Source: Paragordius varius (Eukaryota; Animalia; Nematomorpha). Taken from it: DNA of 64,000 nt. A program made the translations under genes and the position numbers. The notes beneath the pieces were generated by a model. That model was given only the letters and a program-made list of their open reading frames with translations, was not told where the DNA came from and did no database searches. This document shows positions 26,743 to 41,153 of this stretch, piece after piece. The stretch's first letter is position 1, and each line of letters opens with the position of its first letter. The stretch covers positions 5,146,001-5,210,000 of the forward strand of contig OZ176050.1 in the NCBI GenBank assembly GCA_964247055.1. Direction: 5' to 3'.

Positions 26743-28655
26743 TTAATATATTCAGGGCCTTTTACAAATTTCCATTAAATGATTTTTTAAAGTTGGTAAA
26801 GTATTTTCAAGGTATCAGTTTATCATATTGAAATCATAAGGTTATGCACGTATTACCATGCCAGCATAAAACCCGTATATGTTTGCGCACCAAGGGTTTA
26901 GAAAAAAAGCCCCAATAATTTTAATGACTAGATAATAGACTCAGTCTAAAAACATACCAACGAAAAAACTTTTTTATCTATTCGCCAATCATTATTATTA
27001 CTTGTTTCGATTAAGACTTTTGAATAAATAAAAAATATTAAAATTATAATTTTATTTAAATAGCATTCAAGCATAATATAGAAATTAAAATATTTTTATA
27101 AAATTTTATTTGTAAATGTGGGCTTCGACAGTCGGTAATTGCTGTCCAAATGGGCAGATCCCTTAAAGGCGAAAGGGCCATTACGCGATAAAAATTTTAA
27201 ATAAATGTAAAATTTATAGCAAAAGAAATTTTGCCGAAAACTGGATATTTGATATATAATTTACATCAAATTTTTAATCAAGCAAGTTTTTATGGTATTG
27301 CATGGGCGTCTACTTTAAAATATTTTACTATATTATAAAAACACTTTTTCTGCATAATACAGGGATGCTGAACATTTAGATCACAATATTGTTTTTAAAT
27401 TTAGTTAAATTCTTATATATAAAATTAAAAGGCGAATGAACCGATTTTATAGGGAAATAAATATTTAAGTGAACATGTAAAATTTTTAAGTATAAAAATA
27501 TTGTTTTACTTTTTTACACTACATCATATTTTCATTTTTTGTACCATTTTGTTCTAGAGCTTGAAGTAGTGAAACTACTGTTTTGAAGGTTTTGGTTAAA
27601 AGCTTCATATTAAACCTTCTCCTGAATCAAATAGAACTTGAATTCACAGTTTTTGACCTCTATAGTCCCAAATCAAGTAAGTCCTATACATGACATCAAA
27701 CAGCTGATATTTAAATCAGTAAATATAGACAAGGATTTTAATTAACTTTCAGTTAAAATCTATTACTTTTTGGGACAATTTTTAATGCAGAACGATTTCA
27801 AATTTAATTTAAAAATTATTTAATGTATAGCTGAATTTAAAAATATGCTTTCTTTAATCTTATATGTGCATAAAAAAAATTTCAAAAAATTATAAAAAAT
27901 CCTCGTCTCAAACTTTTCTGCCGCCATCCATTGTCTATAATTTTTTAAAATCGCTAATACATCAGGCATAAATGTATATTTACATGACAAAATGTAAATT
28001 ATTAACTTTAAAAAGCTTTCAGGCTACATTTTAGCAGCAAAAATTTGATATATTTTCATTATAATATTAGCTGTTCGTTTCACACGTGTGGTGTTGTCAT
28101 TATCTTAGACTCTAGACACAAAACTGTAAAAAATAGCTTTTTTATTTATATGAAAACAATGTTAGATAATTAAATTTTATTTAAAATAACTTCAAAACTG
28201 TAGTCCATTTACAAATTGAACTCTGGGATATAAAACTAACTAAGGTATGTGTTAAATATTTATATATTTTTTACCCATAAACATATTTTCTATTGTGTTA
28301 GCGATAATGAAAAAAATGTCATTAAAAGATTAAGAAAAGGATTTTTTACAATTTAACATTTTTTAAAAAAAATATATTCGCATCATGTAAGAAAAGCTTA
28401 TTATATTAGGCGCAATGCTAAATATATTTTTGATATTTATGGCCCTGGGGTATTAAATTACCCCAAAACGTCATGTTTTAAATATGGTATATCACACATT
28501 TCAATGATATTTTTTGGAGTGAAGCATTCGTTTACCAAAAAAAATTATTTACTATATCCGTTATTTTAGCGATTCTCCTATATAAGGAAATCGCCACATA
28601 AGATAACTTTCTTTCACCACTCGCAACTCCCAAAAAAAGCAGAATCCTGATACAT

Positions 28656-28660
<5 letters not shown>

Positions 28661-28692
<32 letters not shown>
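28661..28692. repeat. (AT)n microsatellite
   Basis: Direct reading of the sequence. Confidence 0.95.
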
Positions 28693-28695
<3 letters not shown>

Positions 28696-31384
28696 ACAAG
28701 TGACCCGATTTTGTGCGCAGTAATACAACAAGCAAATAAAATATATTTATAGTTTAAAATAAAAAAATTGCTCGAATATTTTAGTAATTTTTTATTCATC
28801 ATCATTTTAAAATCGGCTATTTATTATTGTTATTGTTATCTACTAGAAGTGAAACTCTAAATAATATAATCTTTTGTTTCTAATACCTAACAACAAAATT
28901 AAATTAACTTTATAACAGTAGTTTATTTACAAGTTTAACTCTGGTTACAAAACTACCATATGAAAAGGTAATGAAGTTTTATAAATCTATATCAAATAAG
29001 TATATTCTTTTTTGGATTAAATATGTTTTAAGTATTATATTTACAATATGCATACTTGTGAGTTTTTGTTAACCATATGAAATTTATTAAAACACATTTT
29101 GAGGTGTCCATTTACAGTTCAAATTCACCCTTGGACAATTCACCTCGAACTATTCAAATTCACCCTCGGACAATTCAGATTCATCCTAAAATAAATTGTT
29201 TTTAAGATTAAAAATTACCTATATTTTTGTATATTTTTAAAATTTTTTGTTTTAAATTAAAATAATACTGACAAAATAATAAACTATGCCATAAGAGTAT
29301 ATTTTATATTAATGATGAGTTATGTTAGTCCGAAAACACTTAATTAATTTTTAGGGTGAATTTGAATTGTTTAAGAGTGATTTTTGTAAATGGTATATAA
29401 AAATATGCCTTTAACAAATATTAATAGATCTTTGATAAATATCTATAGGGCTCGGTACATTATTACGCATCATATTTTCAAATCTAATTTGTTTTTGTTT
29501 AATTAATAAATAAAACATGCAAAAATAGCTAAACAAACGACTTCAAAAAGAATTTCATTAAATATTTAACCAGCCGTTTTAGTTTGAAAATTTAATAAAT
29601 GTGCATTTATTATATCTAATTGTATTACTATAATTTTTTTAATATAAAAAATGACAAAAACGAAGTTTACCCCTAATTTAATAAAAATATTATGTGAGAA
29701 TTCATTGGGAATATTTTTAGTTTAGTCCCAGGAGTTTGAAAAAATAAAATATTTATAATCATTTTTGCTGAATATAATAATTAATATATTGTATATAGTC
29801 AGTCACAAAACCTTAATCAATTACTATAGAGGCAACTTGGAAAAGTGCCGAATTCGGAATAAACGGCTAATATTCAAATTAAATATTAGCAAATTTTTGT
29901 TGCAAAAATTATTAAACATTACTGTATACTTATATTATATTGATCCATTTTTTAAGTGTCGAAAGTCTGAGCATGAGTGGAATACTTCTTGTACTCATCC
30001 CCGTTTTATTATTAACCATTAAGCATGGTTATTTCTTTTTCAACTTTAGTTTTATTTTTTTCCATGGTATTTGGGATGGTGTAATTACAACTTATTTTGC
30101 CTCTCCCTAAAAAACTTCTAAAAGAAATGATACCATTACATTGTTGCACCCTTTACAAAAAAATGCCTTGACATATTTCGGTAATGCTATTGACATTTAA
30201 ATTCACTAATATATATAAATATGAAAGCAAACTAATTAAATACATATAGTTTTGATAAATTATTCAATAACCAATGTATTACACTAGACAACAATTTTTT
30301 CTGCCACTCGAGTTTTTTGCACTTTCTGATACTTACTATCATTATAACATTTAATCTGAAACAAAAAATATGATTCCACCTAAGAATCTTTTATAATTTG
30401 ATTTTCTATTATTATGTTCCCTCTTCAAAATTTTATTAAAAAAGTTTTTCAAAAAAATATGCAAAAAATGTCCATTTGTAATATATCATTCGAAAGAGTA
30501 ATAAAAATTCTTTCGAATGCATATTATGTTTTACATCAATAGTTAATATTAGACACAGGAAGCGATAAACGCGCGAAGCGAGAGGATTTTTTCTAATTAA
30601 TATATTTTTGAAACTAATGGATGAAAATAGCTCAATCTTTGTGTAGATGACAATGAATGACCGAAAAAGATAACACAAGAAAGTTTTTTTGGTTAAAACA
30701 CTTATTCATTGCTTTTATGTCATTCAAAACAGCCACTTTTAAGTTTTTGTTTTTTAAAAAAATACCATCTCATAAATATTAATTAAATTTTTTTAGAAAG
30801 CTTATAATTTCAAAATTTAAAAGAATAAAAATATAGAAATATTCTTGATTTTTTTTACTATTATGTTATAAATTTATAGTTATAACTATGCATTTTAGTA
30901 TCCACCAGGAAAATAATTTTGATAATAATAATTTTTATTAAAAAGCAAACCAAAAGATTTTTCAAATATTTTTTTAATTATATTCTAATGTAACCCTAAC
31001 ATTTATAGTAAAATAATTTAAATTAGTTTGTTTGTGAGAATTTTTGACTTTTTTAAGGGTTAAAAATTTTGATTATAACAATAATTTTATCAGATTGTTT
31101 TAAATGACTAAATACTATTTAAAAGATACAGGTTTTCGCGCTCTTCTGAACGATATATAATACATAACTATATCTAAAACTTTTAATTTTGAAAATTTCG
31201 AGTTTAATGTTGAATCGGAGCCAAAAAAATTTCGATAATCCCTAATAAAAAAAATTCTTAGGTTCTAGACTAATTTTATTTTCATATATATAAATTTTAA
31301 TTGGTGGACAGTAAAGCGAGTTTTTAGTGTAAGTTAAAACTATTTTATTTATATAAATAGAGCAGGCTATCACTCATTCACGCG

Positions 31385-31820
31385 TGGTCGGGTCCCTCAT
31401 TCTTCATCTCCGAAATTCTTTTTAGTGATCATCGTCAATTCTTCCATTTTTTTCAAATCTTTTTTAATATTTAAATTATGTTTTTGGTGGCCCTTTTTTC
31501 CTCTCGCCTTCAACTTCAAACACATAAATATGCCCAAACCATTTCACTCTGTATGCCATCTCACTCATACATATACTGTCTCTTATATATTTATTTTTGG
31601 CTTTATCTTTCCTCGTGATTTACCTCATCAGCCTTTGCATTCTCATCTTCTTCCTTCAAAGCTCTTTTTTCCAATTTTATAATCGTTGTCAATGCTTTGT
31701 GGTCGCCTCAGTGCAAGCGCTATAAATCTTATCTCTGATTTTAAGTTCCATATTCCTGTAAACTAAATTAGATTCCTCCATCCCGGCTTTTATCCCAGCA
31801 ATGTAATGAAGTAATGGTTA
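31385..31820 (-). mobile_element. Decayed RTE-clade LINE, 3' fragment
   Basis: Minus-strand translation MAYRVKWFGHIYVFEVEGERKKGPPKT resembles the RLxWFGH...V.G.R.RGRP C-terminal motif of RTE ORF2; many stops. Boundaries approximate. Confidence 0.55.
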
Positions 31821-32168
31821 CCTGAATTAAATTGACATTATACAGACAACATGTAAAATAAAGACAAACATATTTTGAAAAAGAAAACCATATTTGCAAA
31901 CCTTAATTTAACCTATTATTTAATTACAGTCGAATATATATCTAATTGAATTTGCATCTCTTCCTTTTTTTCAATTTAATACAATGAGTTTTGTATAAAA
32001 AATCAAGTTTAAAAAGTACACTCTTTTTTAAAATATTTGTCTTTTGAACGTTTTGGCTGTATAATTTCAATTTTTATCTGTAGTCGCTAAAATTCGTGAA
32101 ATTAATCTTGTTAATTTCAAAAAGGTAAACACAAATTTTTCACCATTTCGTCAAATATTGTGTATAGT

Positions 32169-35100
32169 TAAGGTGACCAGATTTTTTGAAGGAAAAAGCG
32201 GGACAAATCTGAGAAGGGGGGGTCATTGGGGGGGGGGGGGGTACAACCAAAAATTTTTATACAAAAAATTTATTGTAATATTTATTTATTTTTAATACAA
32301 ATACATTATAAATATAAAAAAATTGTACCTTACAGGCTGTTTGTACCTTATTCAATAAATTTACATGTGCACGAACAAAGGGTAAGTGATTGTAATATTC
32401 TAGAAAAAAAATAATAAAGACGAAATCATCACAAAGTGCGCTGGGTGATGCAAGAAGCGGCACAAAAAATATTTTTAACAATTTAGCGAATAATCTTAAT
32501 CAAAACATTATTGGCAGATACCAACGCTATTCAAACAGCTACTGATTTGTTACCCCTGGATGTGGAAAATATAGATGATAAAAAGGGTGGATATTTTAGA
32601 ACTGTTGGTTAGCTCTTTTGCCAGCGATTGAAATATTTATAAAAATGTGATCCCCTAGAATCCTATTTTTTATCACAGGACAAAGGTCAAAATTCCAAGT
32701 CAAAAAAGGTTAGAAAATAATTTTATACCATTACCTAATCGCAATATTATAAAGCATCCAGAAAAACAAGGCTCAATGAATAGCCGGAATATAAAAATGT
32801 TTTATACAAACAGAAACTATTATTTGGAAGACAAGACGGTGCACAATGACACTTTTTTATGAAGTCTCATTATTAAATAAATATATTGAATGAAAATTTA
32901 TATTATGGACAACAGAAAAAAATACGTAGGATAGAAATGGTTAAAATAATCATTTTTAAACAAATTATGTTCCATACAATAATATTTTAATTTTAGAATT
33001 TGCATTATCTTTACCTGAAATACTGCTATTGAACGCGTTTTTCCACAGTAAATTAAGTAAGGACACGGAATCAAATTTAAATGTTAAATAAAAGCCATTG
33101 TATGTGTTCAAATATAATTTGACAAATTATAAAGACTTATTCATTATTTTAAGTAGTTTTGTTTATTTTTAACATAAAAACTTTATAAATATAAGAATTT
33201 ATTTTATTCTTTGGTATATTTTTTGGTGAATGCGTTTAAGCAGATTGTCATCATTTTTCAAAATAAAGTCTTCACAAGAATTTGTCAAATTATATTTGAC
33301 AGATAAAACGGCCTTTAAAGTTTCAACATTTAAATTTGATTTCCGATGTCCACTCCTGATTTACTGTGGAAAAAACGCGCTCAGTAGCGGCGTTGGTTCC
33401 AGGTAAAGATAGTGCGAATTCCACAATTTTTAAAATATTATTGTATGTAATATAGTTGGCTTTAAAATGATGAAATATGTCCAATCATTTCTTTTCTAAT
33501 GTATATTTTTCTTTTGTCCATAATTTAAGTTTTTCATTATTAATATATCTTTTAACTAATGATTCTTCAGAAAAAATACCATTTTTAGAAAGATTACCTT
33601 TTAAAAATTTTTGGGAGCAGATATAATCAAATGATTTTTGAACATCGCACCAATTAAATTCTGATTTTAATGTTATCCAATGAAAATGATATATTTCATT
33701 GAATTGCATCGTCCAGTCTTCCAAATAATCTTTACAGTTTGTATAAACATTTTTATATGGTACAGGATATCTTGGCGATTTATTAAGCCTTGTTTTTCTA
33801 AATTATTTATTATATTGCGGATGGTTAATGGTATAAAATTATTTTTTAATCGTTTTTGACATTGAAATTTTAGGTTGCTAACTTCATTGGCTACTTCGAT
33901 TGCCGAAATTTTGTCCCCTTCTATAAATTTAATGACATTTTGAAAGAGAGAAGCTAGATTATGTAAGAATTCTCAAATTTTTGAAGAATCATTTTCAAAA
34001 GACTTTTTTTAAAGTTTTAAGACTTTTGTCCTGTGATAAAAAAAAGATGTTAAAGGAGCATACATTTTTAAAATTCTTTTGATAGCTGGCATAAAAGCTT
34101 ACCAACGAGTTTTACAATATCCAAGCATTTTTTGATATTGAACTTCTGCATTTTCACAGAATTCTTTAAGCGTTTCAACACGTACCATGTATATATAAAA
34201 ATAGGAATATATTTTAACAACTACATTTTCCACATCTAGGGGTAACAAATCAGCAGCTGTTTGAATAGCGTTGTGTATTATATGCGCTGCACACCCAACG
34301 CCAATAAAGTTTTGATGAAGATTATCTGCTAATTCATGAAAAATATTTTTTGTTCCCCTCCTTGCTTTTCCACCAAAGTTCGTATTGGTGTTGTCAGCGC
34401 AATATGCGATGATTTTGTCTTATTAATTTTTTCTAGAATATTGATTATTTAAGTAAAAATTATGACCGAATTTTCACCGGATAGAGAAATAAAATCTAAA
34501 ATTTCTGGATTAAAATATCTTATTAAAGTGGGAAATAATTTTGTTTCCTTGTGATTTGATGCATCAGAATAAAGCGGTATGAAATTAATTTTCTGCAAAT
34601 TTTTTTGATTTCAGAAAATGCATGTGGTGAAAAGACATTGCATATAATGGCTTCAGCCTTTGTACGGGTGCATGTAATTTTTTTATTGGATATGGTACGA
34701 ATAACCAGTGAGGTACAATCTATAGATCTAAGGGAATGATTGTGATTAACGGCGTGAAAAGATAACACGCCCTCAGCTAGTGCCAAATTCTTTTCTTCCT
34801 CTCCAAAAGCGGTTTTTCGAAAAAAATCTCTCATTTTTTAAGATGATGCCGCCATATCTAAACATTTTTTATGTTTCTGTGTTTCCATATGCTTTGTAAT
34901 ATCATGCTTGCCGCCATGTGCTAGGGTGAATTCCCCCTCGCATATAAGACATTTAACAGATGATTCATTCTTCGTTTTTTTGATAAAAGGAAAATCTTTC
35001 ATTAATTCATCGTTAAATTTACAACCTCTTTTTGTGCTCATATTTATTAACTACTATTAGTATAACAAATATTATATTACCTTAATTTTCTGGAATAAAC

Positions 35101-35587
35101 GTGTAAGGTACCGATTTGTGGTATCAATTTGGCTTTTAATAAAGTTGGCAAGTAATAAAACTAAAATATTAGTATAATATATATTACCTTAATTTTCTGG
35201 AATAAACGTGTAAGGTACCTATTTGTGGTATCAATTTGTCTTTTAATCTAGAGATTTGTGGTATTAACTTGGCTTTTTGATAATGATGACAGTAGAAGTA
35301 GGAAGGAAAGTGTATAATCATATGATATATCGAAAAAAATAAATATTTATAATTTAAAAATTAATAATTTTAATTTAAAAATAAATAATTTTAATTTAAA
35401 ATTTATATAGATTTTAAAGATATTTAATGATAAAAAATTTAAACGGATAAAAAAATTTATTTGTATTAAAAAAAAATTTTTTTATTTAATCGTGAAAAAG
35501 CGGGACATTTTAAAACGTAGCGGGACGCGGGACAAAGTGTGAAAAAGCGGGACTGTCCCGCCAAAAGCGGGACGTCTGGTCACCTTA
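32169..35587 (-). mobile_element. hAT-Blackjack-type DNA transposon, full length (3419 bp)
   Basis: TIR TAAGGTGACCAGA / TCTGGTCACCTTA; perfect 8-bp TSD TGTATAGT (32161-32168, 35588-35595); subterminal AAAAGCGGGAC repeats at both ends. Confidence 0.92.
33270..35041 (-). pseudogene. hAT transposase, disrupted
   Basis: MSTKRGCKF...KCLICEGEFTLAHGGKHDITKHMETQKH (BED-like finger), CADNTNTNFGG, GCAAHIIHN (CxxH), KTRW* motifs; in-frame stop at 34838-34840, another just after RW, plus frameshifts. 3' end approximate. Confidence 0.85.
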
Positions 35588-35901
35588 TGTATAGTATAAT
35601 TATAGAATGTGAATAAGCATTTTTTAGATTCTAAATTTAAAGACCATTAAATATTATATACCATTTACAATTTACCCTCGAACAAATCAAATTAACCCTT
35701 GAACAATTCAAATTCACCCCAAAAATAAACTATGTGTTTTCTGGCTAATATAACTCTTTATTAAAAATATATCCTTATGGCTTATTTTATTATTTTTTAT
35801 TTTAATTTTAAACAAATTATTTTTTGAAAATATAAAAAGGTATATATAATTTTTAATAAAAAACACATATAGGGTGAATCGAAAAAATATATTAAAAAAA
35901 T

Positions 35902-36030
35902 TTAGCTGAAATGCGTACAAATATAATAAATATATATTTTAATTTTCGACTTTTATAGTAAAGTCTTTATCGAAAAAATAAGTCGAAAATTAAAATATAT
36001 ATTTTTATATTTGTACGCATTTCAGCTTAA
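35902..36030. repeat. Hairpin MITE nested in a family C MITE; a 57-bp sister hairpin lies at 36490-36546
   Basis: agctgaaatgcgtacaaa...tttgtacgcatttcagct inverted ends in both; the second is flanked by TTAA. Confidence 0.7.
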
Positions 36031-38065
36031 TTTTTTTTAATAAATTTCATAAATACAATGCGTAATTCTCTCAAAATATTACATATAGGGTGAATTTGAA
36101 TTGTTTAATCAAGGGTAAGTTTAATATGTAAATGGTATATTATGATACAATGCTTTTTTATATTAGCACCATCGAATTCCCGGGGAGAACGTATTGGAAA
36201 ATTTAGTAATATTTGCCATTTTGCTCACTCAAAAATAAGACGAAGCGACATGGCTCCTCTGAAGCAATTTCTCATCATGGCATGCCTTTTTAATTCTTCC
36301 TTTATTGTGTCAATGTTAACACATATTAAAATCATCCTCTTTTTACAGTTAACGGGTAGAAATTATTTAGTCATTATTCCTAAAAGCCAAAATTATAATT
36401 TTGTCGACTCTGTTAGCAATCTTAACACTATATTTTTTATTAAAATTGAGAAAATTACGCATTGTATTTATGAAATTTATTAGAAAAAATTAAGCTGAAA
36501 TGCGTACAAATATAAAAAATATATATTTGTACGCATTTCAGCTTAATTATTTTATAATAAATTTCACTATTTAATATGTGATTTCGAAATTAAGGGAGAG
36601 AAGTAGCTTAAATTAAAAATTACTTTTATAAGGTTTTAAACAATTTAATATTTTGTTAAATTGTATCTCACAATTAAGGATCTATCATAGCATCAATCGA
36701 CATTAATGGAAAATTAAAAGATTTTCAGTATTAGGGAATCAGGATAGCCAGAAAGGATTCATACCTGAGTATTACAAATAATCGTGATTTCTCTTATATC
36801 CTTTTTCCAAATTCAAAAGCGTATTTATATATTCTTGCTAACGGCGTAAATATCGCATATTGAACGACAAAATCTAATACTTGCCAATAATAACCGCTAT
36901 TTTAAAACAAGATAGTAATTTGCCAATTTCCAGATTTTATCCCTGATATAAGGTTGCTCAGGAAATATATAAAAATTTAATTTAATTTTATACTTAAAAT
37001 ATTATTATTCTTTGTGCACAGTTAAACAAAAGTTTGTTATAAATTCATGGTGATAATTAAAATTGGTTTAAAATACTCAGGGACAAGCATAACCGCATAT
37101 ATTTAATATTGCGAATTCTCATGGCCTCAGGCTTGTGTGAAATGGAAATTTTTTTGGATAAAATGTAAATTAAATTTAATTAACACAACCATGTGAATAA
37201 ATTAGAAAATAAGTAGTGCGTGTGCAAAAAAATCCATTAATCATATTTAATTGTAATTTATATCCATTTTTATCTGAGAAAAAATTATATAAACTCTTTG
37301 TATGGTAATTTTATTTCTTTAATAAGGTTTACCTGTAAATATATTATATCGAAAAAATACTTAAATTAAATACAAGTATCTACAATTCAACAAAGCTTAT
37401 TTACATTTTTGCTTGCGCAAGTTTTGGCATAATGCATTATTTATTTATTTATTTATGAGTGTTTTATTTTAAATTAACTAAAGCGATTTGGTCAAAATAT
37501 TCTTTTAAGAGTAAAAAGACTTTTTATAATTGAGTTTTTAGGTGAATCACAAAAAAATGGAATAAATTCGTTTTATAATTATGGTGTAAAAAGGTAAAAT
37601 GTTGGTTTTAGCTTTTCCGGAGAGCGTGATGGATTCAAATTTTGTCTCTAACCATGTACTGTAACTCATGGATTCTCCTAAGGGTGAATGGTATAAAAGC
37701 GATTTACGGAGAAAACTCCGAATAATTAATTAATATTTATGTATATTTTCCTCTAGATACTGACCTGCCCAGGACTGACAGAATAATGGAAATATTGTGC
37801 CTACAAATTTTAAACCTCCTTAGCATAGAGTACGACAGGAAAATCTAATTATTCTATTGTCTTGTTTGCTTAAAATTTTACTAGCGCTATTTTAAATCAA
37901 CAATTTTGTTTTGATAACACACAAGTAAAAATGCTAAAATGGTTTTCAAGCAGTTTTATAAAATATAAATTCAATTGTTTTTACCGCAACCATATTTTAT
38001 TTAAATTATAATTGCAAAACTAGTTTTTCATGTTTATTGAGAGGAATAATTTGCTTACATGCATA

Positions 38066-38329
38066 CAGAGGCGTATCTAGGGGGAAGGGGAACGGATGCA
38101 CCGGGCGCCATAGTTGAAGGAGCGCCGCATTTCAAAAAATTTAGTTTTATTTCAAAAAATAGGTATCTAAAAGTTATTATTTTAAATAATACATAAAAAA
38201 TCACCCATTTATGAGTGGTCATGCCCACGGTTTAAATTTAATTTTTTTTTGAAATCCAAGGTTGCATGGAGAGGAGAGGCGCCATCACGGATTCATGCAC
38301 CGGCGCCAGAAATGCAAGCTACGCCTCTG
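38066..38329. mobile_element. hAT-type MITE
   Basis: Termini CAGAGGCGTA(T)CT / AGCTACGCCTCTG; 8-bp TSD CATGCATA (38058-38065, 38330-38337). Confidence 0.85.
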
Positions 38330-39100
38330 CATGCATAATATTAATATTTATCATCAATTTAGAAATATTAATCGTTCGGCACTTCCTGTTATACCCATCT
38401 GTTTTAATATCTCGACCATTAACAATTCATACTGTGGTAAAAACTTAATTTTTATATTTAATCACAATAATAGTAAAAATTAGTGCTTTTTCCTCGATGT
38501 TTGGCCTAATGTACAAAAATTCCATTTTTCTATTTCGGCTAATAGTAAAAAACTTAATTTTTATATTTATTTGGAAATTCGTTTTTAACGCTCTTGCTCA
38601 ATGATGTATGATACATATACATTTATTTTTTTTACCCTTTTCGCAGAATGTTAAAACTGCAATGTATAATACATACCAGTATAATATGGCTGGTCATGTT
38701 TTTTAATATTATTGGGTGCTTGATTGGTAATGCAAATTTAATATCCTAAATATAAAAAAGTAAAGCTCTAGCATATCATGAATTTTTGACACTAGTTATT
38801 GGCTGGTGAATGAAAAATTCAAATAATTTCTGTGATAGAAATATTACCAAAAGTTTTAACTTTTAAATATATTTTTATTAAGGATTATTTAATTATCCTA
38901 TTCCCACCTCCCTGCGGGGTTGGCTGGGCATGTTATTGCGCTAACGGCAAAGGCCAGTTTTCTAATGATCTGTAAAATCATTAGTTTTACACGAGGGCAT
39001 GGGTTACGTAAAAAATTGCCTCAATAAATCTTTGATATGAATATATTATAAATATGTATTTCTAAACTCCGAATATCTTGATTTTACCTATCTCCCTTAA

Positions 39101-39677
39101 CACTTGGATCCAACACATTTATTTAGTCCTTCGATTCAAATTGGGGTAGTTGGATACCCCAGACGTATTTAAAACTTAATACTTCAAATAATATGTTAGT
39201 AGTTGAAACCATGTCAAAAGTGTGCTCTTACGTAACATTAATGAGCCCAATATAAAAAAAATTCATTCAAAAATACTTGATATTACTTATTTTAAGCTAA
39301 AACCCCAAAGGTAAAAATTTAGTCAACCTGACATGTGTGCATTAACAAAATATAAAATTTTTACATAAACCACTTTTTCTGTTTCTATCAATTTAATATA
39401 TTATGATTTGAATAAAAAATTAGCTTAAATTTTAGCTTGTAAATTAGATAAAAACCATATTTTGAAAAAATTTGTAAAATAAAAATGGCGGCGAAATAGT
39501 TTGAGATGGAACTTTTTTTTCAAAACTAAATTTTATTAAGATATTTCGGCGTTTTTATATAATTTTTAGGATAATAGAAGGATAAATTTAAATTGAGACC
39601 GTTTCTCTCAGTAGTTTTAAAAAATATCAAATTATATATTGTCGGGGTATTTAGATACCCCAATTTGAATCAAAGTG
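39101..39677 (+). mobile_element. MITE family A copy
   Basis: TTAA-CACTTGGATCC...TCAAAGTG-TTAA. Confidence 0.8.
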
Positions 39678-40321
39678 TTAATTTCGCATCCTAATAAGAT
39701 GCTTGATAGCTTTGGCAACGATTTTAATATCAATTGTGCGAATTTAAATATTAACGTTAATTTACGCGAGAGACAACTCCAATAAAAGTGATACGAAAAT
39801 CTTTCTAATGTCAAGAAATTTGAATAGTCAAAAGAAAATTATAAATAAATATGATCCCCGTTTTATTGTTTATAACAGAGGTGTCCAATACAAATGGCTT
39901 AGCGGGTCGCATTTGAAAAATATAAATTTTTTATTAGATTAATAGGACTGCAAAAAAATAGTAAGAAAATATATAACTACTACAAATAATGATAAAACTT
40001 GAGATATTATGGTTTGTGTTATCATTTTGGCAGATAATTTATAAATATCAAACCATATAGTTAGGATTTTTATTAAAACTCAGATCAAAAAATCGCATTT
40101 TTCTTTTAACATACTAAAGAAATTTTTTCTATGAAAGTATATTAAAATAATTATTTTAAATTAGTTAAACTCACTATTAATATCTTATCATTCATATTTT
40201 ATTAGTAAAAAAATTAATATATCAAAATGAAGTTAAAAAAATATTGTTTTTTATTTCTTCATTTTTTTGTCATCTGGTTTATGAGTGTGTAAATTATTTA
40301 CTGTTTTATTTAGGAATCTTA

Positions 40322-40522
40322 CATGAGCGGGAATATAAAGTATAAAATTAACACAAAATAAGATTTACGTGGAATATCAACCAAAAATCCGTACAAATCC
40401 AGTAAAAATATTAATTGCATTACAAACCTGTTACAGGGATTTTTACGGATTTCCGGTTTGTATTATACTGCTTGTAAATCATATTTTGTAATAATTTACA
40501 TAATTTATAATTCCCGCTCATG
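40322..40522. mobile_element. ~200-bp MITE with CATGAGCGGGAAT termini
   Basis: Inverted ends; a solo end cccgctcatg at ~9287; no TSD resolved. Confidence 0.5.
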
Positions 40523-40612
40523 ACCAAAATAAAAAAGTAAATTTTTAATACGCTTTTAGTTTTATATTGATATATAAGTTTTTTTAATAAATAAAATATG
40601 ATAAGATTTTAA

Positions 40613-41153
40613 TACTTCGATTCAAATTGGATCTAAATACCCCAGACTATGTTTAACTTCATATTTCTAAAAAAACTATTGTGAGAAACGGTTCCAATTT
40701 AAATATATAAAAAAGCCATATATCTAAATAAAATTTAGTTTTGTAAAAAAAGTTTTCCATATCAAACTACTTCGGCACCATTTTTATTTTGCAAAATATC
40801 CGTTCACTCTATTTTAAGCCTTTAATTAAGCTTACTTTTTTATTAAAATCACAGTTAACATTAATATAAGCAGAAAAATTGGTATATCTTGCATTATTTT
40901 TATAATTAGCTTTTGCACATATGTCTTGGTGTCTAAAATTTTTATTTTTGGGCTATCCCTTTAAATAACTAATATCAAGCATTTATGAATGGATTTTTAT
41001 ATTTCGGTTCATAAATGTTATATAAGTGCAAGCTTTTGCCATGGTTTTTAATATATTCCATATTTTTAAAATATTTAATTTTAAACAGGCCTGGGGTATC
41101 CAACTACCCCAATTTGAATCGAAGGACTGAAATAAATACGTTGCATTCAAATG
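40613..41153 (-). mobile_element. MITE family A copy
   Basis: TTAA-tacttcgattcaaattgg...ggggtatccaactaccccaatttgaatcgaaggact...caaatg-TTAA. Confidence 0.75.

Noticed and set aside
35073-35248. ~70-bp direct duplication upstream of the hAT transposase
   Set aside because: Ordinary subterminal tandem duplication within the element.
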